A stretch of 64,000 nucleotides of DNA from Octopus sinensis (Eukaryota). The notes under the pieces are model-generated. The model had not been told where the DNA came from and did not search any database. It saw only the letters and a list, made by a program, of their open reading frames with translations. How positions within the stretch are numbered: position 1 is the stretch's first letter; every line of letters begins with the position of its first letter. A program made the translations under genes and the position numbers. Below are positions 1 to 64,000 of this stretch, in pieces. Where the stretch lies: contig NC_042997.1 in NCBI RefSeq assembly GCF_006345805.1, forward strand, positions 170,438,001 to 170,502,000, in the 5' to 3' direction.

Positions 1-817
1 ACTAATTAACAAAGCAATAAATGAAGACTGCAAAAAGAAAAAAGAAGGGTCTGAGCATTGTATAATAAATTGGCTACAAGAAAACTCTTGACAGTATTAT
101 CTACTTGTGGAATCACTAGTTATGCGTAAAGTAGCACCAGTAATAAGGAGATAGATGAAACGTCATGAGAAAATGACAAACAGTTTTGCAGTTACAGACC
201 ACCAAATGAATTATAAAAAACTAAACCTGGCTTAATTAGAAGAGGAATCTATCAGGGGACTCACTCTCTCCACTCTTTTTCTCTTAGCACTTCATCCTTT
301 ACTTTGTCATGTTCCATAGAATTGGACATGGATACAAATGCTATGGCAAGATAGTTAACCACTTTTTGTATATGAAGTTGTATGATGCAAACAATAAACA
401 ATGAGAAACACTGCTGCAGACAGTACACAGACTCACCAAAGGAATCAGCTTGAGACTAGGCTTAGTAAACTGTGCTCAGGTAACCCTGAAGAAAGGAAAA
501 TTATTTAAGAACATTAATATCATATTTGATAAGGAAACTGAGATAAAAGAATCAGACCACAAAACATAGAAATACTTTGGAATCAATACACTAGGGTAAA
601 AAAAAGTGAAAGATCATAGATTTTGCAATTACATATTATAGAGTGGGTTTGCCAGAGTGATGGAAAGATGGTGAAAAACAAAGGTGACAATTGTTCCTAT
701 AGTAATTGATGCACTTGGCACAACATCTAAACTGCTATCACAGGCGAAGGATATTGGAATTGAGACATGTATTAACAGCATGCAGAAATGTGCCATCTAT
801 ATGCTGCAAGACTCCTA

Positions 818-1230
818 GGCGCAGGAGTGGCTGTGTGGTAAGTAGCTTGCTAAACAACCACATGGTTCCAGGTTCAGTCTCACTGCGTGGCATCTTGGGC
901 AAGTGTCTTCTGCTATAGCCTCGGGCCGACCAATGCCTTGTGAGTGGATTTGGTAGACAGAAACTGATAGAAGCCTGTCGTATATATGTATATATATATA
1001 TGTATGTGTGTGTGTTTGTGTCTGTGTTTGTCCCCCTAGCATTGTTTGACAACCGATGCTGGTGTGTTTACGTCCCCGTTACTTAGCGGTTCGGCAAAAG
1101 AGACCAATAGAATAAGTACTGGGTTTACAAAGAATAAGACCCGGGGTCGATTTGCTCGACTAAAGGCGGTGCTCCAGCATGGCCGCAGTCAAATGACTGA
1201 AACAAGTAAAAGAGTAAAAGAGTAAAGAGT
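818..1230 (+). mobile_element. SINE family A (tRNA-like head, internal microsatellite, (GTAAAAGA)n tail)
   Basis: A box TGGCTGTGTGG, B box GGTTCAGTC, internal (TA)/(TG) tract, repeated tail; near-identical copy at 47888-48295. Confidence 0.85.
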
Positions 1231-1702
1231 AAATATTCTTGACATTTGTGGAGTCTTGTTGTCACCAAACCTCATGGTAACATCCCTGCTAATTAAATTA
1301 GCATGTAATAGTTTTTGAATAATAATTGTTTCAGAAATTTGGTGGGAGGGAAACTGCTGATTAAACAGATCCCAGTACTTGATTGATATTTTAGTTTATC
1401 AAACTCAGATGGATGGAAAAGCTGACCTTGGTTGAATTTGAAATCAGAGTGTGAAGGTCCACAACTATAAGCATTTTTTTTATATATCTCAAAAACCTTA
1501 CAGTGATGTCAAAATGAAAAACAATATTTACATGATAGTATATATTTTTTCTTGTAACCTCTTCATCATCATTGACAAATGTAATATACATCACTACATG
1601 TTATCTTAGAATTATTTTTGCTCTAGCCAATAACTTATTCATGTAAATTAAAGTAAATTATAAAAGTCATCATTTTTAAAATTCAATTCTGTTTCTTCAT
1701 AG

Positions 1703-55672
<53,970 letters not shown>

Positions 55673-55779
55673 GTTGCACCACCATATCTTCTGTACATTA
55701 GTCCGTCCATCTTTAAGGAAGAAGTAATTGGTTAAGATAAGAATGTCTTCATCAGAAATTTCTCAAAAACAGACATCAC

Positions 55780-55785
55780 AATAAA
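55780..55785 (+). promoter_or_regulatory. candidate proximal poly(A) signal AATAAA
   Basis: AATAAA about 110 nt after the stop codon; usage not verifiable from sequence. Confidence 0.35.
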
Positions 55786-56319
55786 TATGACAATGCAGAG
55801 ATTTATTTCATAAAATTTGGCTCAAGAACCCTTTATTTAGAAAGAGGGCATATCCTATTTTTGAAATGAATGTTCATGCTGCATTTCTGGTTTAGTGTCT
55901 TTGACCAAAATGCTAGGTTTTTATCAGTAAAGAATGGCATCCTATAACTGATAAGTCTTTCTTGAGTGAAAACTCATTAAAATTTTAAAATTTATTGAAA
56001 TGGTAAACACAAAATTTATTGAAATGGTAAACACAAATATTTGAAAAGCTTTAAAAATATTAAGAATTGTTAATTCTTTTTTTTTATTTCATCTGTCAAA
56101 ATCTAAAATGTAAATCCAGACAAATTAAGACAAAAATATACTCTGAAAATGTTCATGTATTGTCAAATATTTAGCCACAAATTATCATGGGTGAAATGAA
56201 ACTATTACATACACAATGGTTTGAGAAAGTATATTTTCCTTTAATATTCTGTTTTGTGTCAATTTCATTTCATTATATTCATTGTTCTTTCTTTTTGTTG
56301 ATGTAAAAAAATAACTGAA

Positions 56320-56325
56320 AATAAA
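56320..56325 (+). promoter_or_regulatory. candidate distal poly(A) signal AATAAA
   Basis: AATAAA followed by TGTGT/T-rich sequence, just before the SINE cluster begins at about 56380. Confidence 0.4.
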
Positions 56326-56379
56326 TATATAACAGACATGTGTTGGCCAAATGCTTTGCAATATTTATTCTGACATAGA

Positions 56380-57520
56380 GTGGTGAGCTGTCAGAATCAT
56401 TAGCACACCAGACAAAATGATTAGTGGTGTTTTGTCCATCCCTACATTCTGGGTTCAAATTCTGCTGAGGTCGACTTTGCCTTTCATCCTTTCAGAGTCA
56501 ATAAAATAAGTACCAGTTGAGCACTGGGGTTGATGTAATCGACTTACTCCCTTCCTTGAACTTGCTGGCCTTGTACTGAAATTTGAAACTAATAATTGAT
56601 CTGACTAAGGCGGTGAGCTGGTAGAATTGTTGGCATGCTGAGCAAAATGCTTAATAGAATTTCATCTGTCTTTATGTCCTGGGTTCAAATTCTATTAAGG
56701 TTGACTTTGCCTTTCATTTTGTTGGGGTCGATATAACTAACTTCTTCCCTCCCACGAAATTGCAGGCCTTGTTCCAAAATTTTAAACCAATATTTATTCT
56801 GACTCTTTGCATTCTGTGTTTAATTTCCATTAGGGTCAACTTTGTCTTACATCCTTCCAAGGTCAACAAAATAAGGTACCAGTTAAGTACTGGAGTTAAT
56901 GATAACAACTAATGCTTTTTTTTCAAAAATGCTAGCCTTATGCGCAAACTACATACCATTATTACTGAACATTAAATGAGGATGATGATGATGGTGGTGG
57001 TGGCCAACTGGTAGTGTTAGAAAAAATGCTATGTGGTATTTGTTTCAGCTCTTTATGTTCTGAGTTCAAATCCCATGAAGGCAAACTTTGTCTGTCCCCT
57101 TGGGGTTGATAAAAAGTACCAGTCAAGCAGTAGAGGTGGGAGTCAAAGGTTGTAACTACTCCCTCTTCTCATAATTGCCAGCTTTGTGCCAAATCAGAAA
57201 CTTAATAAAAGCAGTGTGCTGGCAGAATCATTGGTTCTTTACATGCTGAGTTCAAATTCTGCAAAGTTTCATCTCTCTGGGAGTCAATAAAATAAAGTAC
57301 CAGCCAAATACAGGAGGATTGATATAACTAAGACCATCCCCTCAAAACTGCTTGTCTTGTACCAAAATTAGAAACAATTATTCATAAGGCAGTGGATTGG
57401 CAGAATTCTTAGAGCATCAGACAAAATGTAAAGAACTTGAATTATTTTGTTCAAATCCCACCAAGATCAAAATTGCCTTTCCTCCCTTTAGAGTTGATAG
57501 AACAAAATACCAGTCAAGTT
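56380..57520 (+). mobile_element. six head-to-tail degenerate family B SINE copies
   Basis: Repeated GAGCTGGCAGAAT...GTTCAAAT...CTTTGCCTTTCATCC...AAGTACCAG modules starting near 56380, 56608, 56800, 56995, 57212 and 57388. Confidence 0.65.
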
Positions 57521-57632
57521 GATTGTAAAACTCCACAGTACTAGCTACCATCTTTTCCTACAACAAATTTGGCCACCTTTTTGATTTTGATATCGCTCCC
57601 ACTTGTGAACATTCAAAAACAGCACAGTACCC

Positions 57633-58100
57633 TATTTGCCATATTCTGAATGCCTTACTTCCTTGAGCATGGCAGATGATTTGGCAGACACCCATAAAAT
57701 TATTAACCATCTTACTAACGATAACTCTGAGCACCTTTTCAAACTCCACCTGTCTAACACCCGTGGACATGTTTACAAAGTCAGAAAATAGCACAGCTCC
57801 CACGACTTTCGGAAACATTTTTTCATGCTAAGAGTTGCTGAAGTATGGAACAAACTGCTGGCATCAGTTGTTAGTTGTCTGATCACTGCATCCTTCAAAA
57901 CTTCCATGCTTCCTGAAATTCGCCAACACTACACCTGATTTTCTCCCCTCCGTACACACGCAAACATGTATCTGACTCATACACTGTTCACTTCCCAGAC
58001 ATTTGTACATTACTGCATATGCTTTATACGCACTCTTGACAAGTTGTGGTGCACATGAGCACTGTATACAATAATTTCATTATTATTATATTATTATTAT
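57633..58100 (+). mobile_element. second copy of the same CR1/L2-like 3' fragment
   Basis: Closely matches about 28575-29055, including the 3' UTR and (ATT)n tail, with one short deletion. Confidence 0.88.
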
Positions 58101-59639
58101 AACAGTTTTTAACATTCAGAATTGTTTATGCATGGAATAATTACCAATGTCAAGCTACAGTATCCTAAAATTCATTGCTCCTTGAAATTCACCAGTATTA
58201 CTCCTAATGTGCTTATGCACCCTTTCCTCCTTGTGGCTCTTTCACTGCTCACTTTTCTGTCTCCCTGTGTTCTATCCTGTCTACTATGTATGTACATTGA
58301 CTACCTTGCCACCTTCTTTACTTGACTTATTGCTGCTTTCTGCTCCTATTTTACTGTTTTCCGATGAGTTGTATTGAGCACAAATATTGTATACAATAAA
58401 CTCATTATTATATTTATTATATTATTGATTGTGCAGGTGGCACATAAAAAACACCACTTGAACGTGGCTGTTGCCAGTACCGCCTGACTGGCCCTCGTGC
58501 CAGTGGCATGTAAAAGCACCCACTACACTCTTGGAGTGGTTGGCGTTAGGAAGGGCATCCAGCTGTAGAAGCTCTGCCAGATCAAGATTGGAGTCTGGTA
58601 CAGCCATCTGGTTTGCCAGTCCTCAGTCAAATTGTTCAACCCATGCTAGCATGGAAAGCGGACGTTAAACGATGATGATGATGATGATTAGAAGGCGGCG
58701 AGCTTGACAGAAATGTTAGCATGTCAGGTGAAATGCTTAGCAGTATTTCGTCTGTCTTTACGTTTTGAGTTCAAATTCCGCTCACTTTGCCTTTCATCCT
58801 TTTGGGGTCAATAAATTGAGTACCAGTTGCGTACTGGGATCAATCTAATCGACTGGCTCCCTCCCCGCAAAATTTCGGGCCTTGTGCCTAAAGTAGAAAA
58901 GATTATATTATCAGTTACCAGAGTTATTTTCATTTTAAGCTATTCTTTTTTACAATGCCAACAAATATAAATTTTTGTATATTTACTAAATACTTCAATT
59001 TCATTTTGTCAAGTTTTAGTGCAATTACTCTTTTGCTGCTAGGTGCAGGCTGTGTGCCACATGGTTCTGGGTTCAGTCCCACTGTGTGGCACCTTGGGTA
59101 AGTGTCTTCTACTATAAACTCAAGATGACCAAAGCCTTGTGAATGGAATTGGTAGACAGAAAATAAAAGAATCCCACCATATGTGTTTGTGTGTGTGTGT
59201 GTTTGTTCCCCACCATCACTTGACAACTAATGTTGTGTTTACGTCCCTGTAACTTAGTGGTTTGGCAAAAGAGGCTGATAGAATAAGTACCAGACTTAGA
59301 AAATTTAAAAAGTACCTGGGTTAACTCGTTTGACTAAAAAATTCTTCAAGCCAGTGCCTAGCTACAGTCTTCCTGCTGAAACAAGTAAAAGATAAGAGAT
59401 GCTATTATTTTCTCTCTGCATATTTTACTCTATTTTAGCATTTTAATGTTCAAAGCATTAGACTATCCAACTGAATGAATGAGTAATTAGCCTCAGTATT
59501 ACATTCTCTAAAATATGCTGATTTTTCATACTAGTTGTATAGAATATCATATGTCTATATAGTGATTTCAGAAGTGTAATTGCTAGGCATGTGATTTGAT
59601 CTAAAATTGTGAATTGAAACTAAAACAAACACACAAATA

Positions 59640-60050
59640 CTCTTTTACTTGTTTCAGTCATTTGACTGCGGCTATGCTGGAGCACCGCCTTTAATTGAGC
59701 AAATCGCCCCCAGGACTTATTCTTTGTAAGCCTAGTACTTATTCTATCGGTGTCTTTTGCCGAACCGCTAAGTTATGGGAACGTAAACACACCACCATTG
59801 ATTGTCAAGTGATGTTGGGGGTACAAACACAGACACACAAACATATACGCACACACACATACATACATACATACATACATACATACATACATACGACGAG
59901 CTTCTTTCAGTTTCCGTGTACCAAATCCACTCAGAAGGCTTTGGTCGGCCTGAGGCTATAGTAGAAGACACTTGCCCAAAGTGCCATGCAGTAGGACTGA
60001 ACCCGGAACCATGTGGTTGGTAAGCAAGCTACTTACCACAGAGCCACTCT
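59640..60050 (-). mobile_element. SINE family A
   Basis: Full-length reverse-complement copy with internal (CATA)n. Confidence 0.85.
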
Positions 60051-60572
60051 GCTAACTTTCATTCCAATGCAGTGGAATCACGACAGTGTCCAGGTCGCAG
60101 ATGATGCGACGAAAATTTTGACTCCAAATAATAAATGTTTAAGGGAAGTTAACAGTTGTGTGTTTTTGAATGTCTTCCATGCTGTAATTGTTATATAGTG
60201 ATTTTCTCATCACTACTTTGGCAATTGTGATGAAGACAGTTTTGTTGAGATCTAATACAATCGAAACATATATGGAGTTGTCCCCCCCACCCATACTTGC
60301 AGAAATGTCTAACGTGATATTAATCATCGAGCGAATATCGTCTTTTCTATAACCGCGCAATTCATTTGCAAGTACTTTTTATTTTACATACACTTAAATA
60401 TCAACTACAAAAGCAAAGTTTTTTTCTTTCAGGGGAAGCAACTCTGAAAAGAATTTGCTCGGGTTATCTTTCTTATTAACGCTACCCTGAATTTACAAAA
60501 TACAAAAAAAAATTTTTATTTTTTCATGTGTTTCCACAGGTGTAGAAATCATTGATAATTGGTTCGATCGCA

Positions 60573-60937
60573 TTAGCTCCGCTTTAGCGAAGACGGGGTA
60601 TTGTTTCCAGTCGTGTTTGTTTGTTTGTCCGTGGACATGATATCTCAAGAATCGCTGAATGGATTCTGATGAAACTTTCATGAATGTTTGGCCTCGTGAT
60701 TGGCATGAACTGATTACATTTTGAGATCAATCTGGTGCCAAACAATGATTCTGGAATATTTTTCCGGTTTTTTTACTTAATTTTTTAGAGCAGTCGGGTC
60801 CATTTTTAATATTCTCCTTTGTGAGAGCAGTTGAGTTTATTTCAGATATTCTCATTTTAAAAATCATCTCTGGCTAATTGTTGAGAGGACGTTGGTGTTG
60901 CATTGGCAGAGGTTTGCGCCCTCTGAGTGCTCTTGTT
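60573..60937 (+). mobile_element. Helentron/DINE-1-like non-autonomous element
   Basis: 5' TTAGCTCCGC...; (GTTT)n tract; GGATT.TGATGAAACTT core; 3' GGCAGAGGTTTGCGCCCTCTGAGTGC..TT with subterminal inverted repeat and hairpin; T-T flanks. Confidence 0.55.
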
Positions 60938-61383
60938 AAATATATTATTGGTGTTTATAGAAAGTATATATATTTTGTTTTATTGCCAACTGATTTGTTG
61001 TTGTGTAGCCATAAATCGATCCTAACCTAACAATATTCAAGTTCCTCCGACTTTCACATAAAGCCATTAGGTCTGTATTATTAAATATGTCGTTTATAAG
61101 GCACAGGTGTGACTCTGTGGTTAAGAATCTTGTTTCCCAACAATGTGGCTTTGGGTTCAGTTCCCCTGTGTGGAACCTTGGACAAGTGTCTTCTACTGTA
61201 GCCCCAGGCCAACTATTGCCTTGTGAATGGATTTGGTAGAAAGAAACTGAAAGAAGCGCATTGTTTATATGTGTGTGTGTATGTATATACATATATTCGT
61301 ATTTTTCTTTTATTTGTTTCAAACTACATTCAAACTGGGGCACCACCTTGAAGAATTTTTAGTTGAACAACTCAACTCCAGTA

Positions 61384-61902
61384 CCATAAATCCTCGAGTA
61401 TAGTCTGCCCTTGAGTATAATAGCAGGGGATTTTTAGGGGGTTGTACGTCTGAAAAACCTAAACATTGTGTATAAAACGCACCTCTTCTCTAACTTGAGT
61501 CGTGCGTAATTAAGCCAGCAGTACCTAGTCGAGCAAACACTTCCACGCATGCGTAATACAATAATGGCAATGTTCTTAACTGTTATATGGGAATGTAAAT
61601 ATGTTTGCAAATTGTTTTTGTTACATGTTATTCTGTGTTCTGAATACTTATATTCTAATAAATGTTGCTTACTGCAAGTTATAGATGATTCTTTTATGAC
61701 TTCATTGCTTTCAAGCTTAGCTTAAGGTATTTTCGTGCCTGACATCACAAAATGCATCTGAATAAACATTGCCAGACAGCAAATAGAGACTCAGACATTG
61801 GTTAGAAAATATTTTTCATTTTTAACCTCGTATATAGTACGCACTAGGGATTTTGACCATTAAATTTTGGAGAGAAACCGGATTATACTCGAGGATTTAT
61901 GG
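61384..61902. mobile_element. pogo/Tigger-like MITE
   Basis: TA flanks; 22-bp TIR CCATAAATCCTCGAGTATAGTC / GATTATACTCGAGGATTTATGG (1 mismatch). Confidence 0.85.
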
Positions 61903-62719
61903 TACTTATTTTTTTAAGCCTCGTGCTTATTCCAGTGGTCTCTTTGCCAAACCACTAAGTTATGAGTATGTAACTAACCAACACCAGTTGTCAAGTGGAG
62001 GACAAACAGGACACAAAGACACACACTCACACAGACACACATAGATACGATAGGCTTCTTTCAGTTTCCATCAACCAGATTCACTCACAAGGCTTTGGTC
62101 AGCCTGAGGCTATAGTAGAAGATACTTGCCCAAGGTGCCATGCAGTGGGGCTGAACCCAGAACCATGTAGTTGGGAAATGTATGTATATATATATGTGTG
62201 TGTGTGCATGTGTATATCCTTGTCTAGATATTATGTGATGGTGTAAATGATCATTATTCCCATACAAGTATGGTTGTTCGTTACCAGTCTTACTTGGAAA
62301 CATGTCTAGCTGCAACAATTGACATGATGCTGAGAGATAAATCAGCATTATAACTGAGAACAGGAAACGATAATGATCATCATTTTCATCTCATCTTTCA
62401 GTACTGGCAGTATCCCTACTATCAACATCACTATTATTATAATTAATTATGATAATAACTTCATCACACAAGCCTCTAAGGATGCTTCTTCCTAATCTCA
62501 TGATCAGCTAGAAATAGTAGCCAAATCTTCCATGAATTACACTCTGCCATCTTAGAAATGAGATGTTGGGTAATGTGGTTCAGGGTTCCCTGTACATAAG
62601 AAAAAGATGGGATGGTCACATTTGGAATGCTTTTGATCATAGGTTCACTCAGTCAGGGCTGACCTGGGGCTGTACCATTACAATAACTTCCTACTCATTG
62701 AACCTGCAAGAAAGTCCCT

Positions 62720-63195
62720 AAGTACTCTTTTACTTGTTTCAGTCATTTGATTGTGGCCATGCTGGAGCACCGCCTTTAGTCGAGCAAATTGACCCCAGGA
62801 CTTATTCTTTGTAAGCCTAGTACTTATCCCATTGGTCTCTTTTACCGAACCACTAAGTTACAGGGACGTAAACACACCAGCATTGGTTGTCAAGCAATGT
62901 TGGGGGGACAAACACAGACACACAAACACACACACACGTGCGCGCACACACACACACGCGTGCGCACACACACATACGCGCGCGCACACACACGCACGCG
63001 CATGCACACACACATACATACATAAATACGATGGGCTTCTTTCAGTTTCCGCCTACCAAATCCACTCACAAGGCTTTGGTCGACCCGAGTCTATAGTAGA
63101 AGACACTTGCCCAAAGTGCCACGCAGTGGGACTGAACCCGGAACCATGTGGTTCGTAAGCAAGCTACTTACCACACAGCCACTCCTACGCCTAGT
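62720..63195 (-). mobile_element. SINE family A
   Basis: Full-length reverse-complement copy with internal CA/CG tract. Confidence 0.87.
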
Positions 63196-64000
63196 CAACT
63201 TACTAGAAATGGCTGTCAATATATTAGGACTGACTTGTGGCTAAACAGCAAGAATAACTGCCAATAGAACAACTGGGAGAAAAAGGAAAATGGATGGAAA
63301 GACGAAGCAGGAATATCTATGTAAGTGAAAGTTGAGCTATATATATATATTAAATGGTTCTGGAATTTAAAATTATACGTGACTGTTTTGAAAAAAGAAG
63401 ACCACATTGAATAATGTAGTTCTGGATATACAATGTTCAAGAGTAGTACATGATGATGATAATGATGATGATGATGATGATTTTGACGTTTAGCTTTCCG
63501 TGCTTGATTGAGAATAGTAGACATAAAAGATGGAGTTTATTGAAACAAGTTTTCTTGGGCAGGATGCCCTTCCTGTTGCCAGTCATCTGTTTCCAAGCAA
63601 GGTAATATTTCCCCATGGCCAGACATGTTTTTACAGAATACTAGAAATGAATGATGTTCTTTTACAACAATCACATGATGTCAAGACAAGGAAGCACAAA
63701 TGCTCACATGCTCACACACGCACACATGTGTGCGCACGCACACACACACACACACACACATGATAGGCTTCTTTGATCTGATTGGGGCTATAGTAGAAGA
63801 CATTTGCCCAAGATGCCACTCTGGGACTGAACCTGAAACCATGTGCTTGGGAAGCAAACTTCTCTACACAACTGCACCTGGCTGAAAAACCTTTGACATA
63901 GGTTTATTCCTTCAAGATTGACCTGAGACTAATGGTCAACTATTAGGCCACAAAAAGTACCATACATCCCCTATTAGATATCCATTCCACTCCAATTCAA

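Noticed and set aside
1-1702. Upstream WDR19 exon, promoter or true start at ATG 1703
   Set aside because: ATG 1703 directly follows an acceptor AG and corresponds to an internal Met of WDR19; no homologous exon was found in 1-1702
60230-60370. Possible decayed transposase fragment on the minus strand (RGYRKDDIRSM...WGGDNSI..FDCIRSQ with frameshifts)
   Set aside because: Needs several assumed frameshifts, and I cannot assign a family without a search
60667-60685. CTGATGAAAC as a hammerhead core
   Set aside because: No stem II between the motifs; it is part of the Helentron-like body

Overview
This is AT-rich, microsatellite-dense animal genomic DNA. It is most likely from an octopus (coleoid cephalopod), an inference from the SINE families and repeat landscape that was not database-checked. 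The only host gene is the 3' part of WDR19/IFT144 (IFT-A core subunit) on the + strand. I could splice 15 GT-AG coding exons from 1703 to the stop at 55672, with every intron phase consistent (1779 nt, 592 aa plus stop), ending in the C-terminal Cys-rich zinc-binding region. The 5' exons lie upstream of the window. The introns and 3' flank are packed with mobile-element debris: several tRNA-derived SINE families, RTE, CR1-like and Penelope retroelement fragments, a full-length but dead Hsmar1-like mariner, piggyBac-like and pogo-like MITEs, a Helentron-like element and tandem repeats. The most notable non-obvious structures are: (1) two hammerhead-ribozyme motifs in the inverted terminal repeats of an intronic Penelope relic; (2) a 149-bp tandem repeat in the last intron whose unit reads as splice acceptor, in-frame mini-exon, stop and ATTAAA; (3) a near-perfect 107-bp foldback; (4) a SINE-derived higher-order array built around a constant hairpin. 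Most long ORFs in the supplied track are repeat artefacts. No prokaryote-type system (CRISPR, operon) is present.
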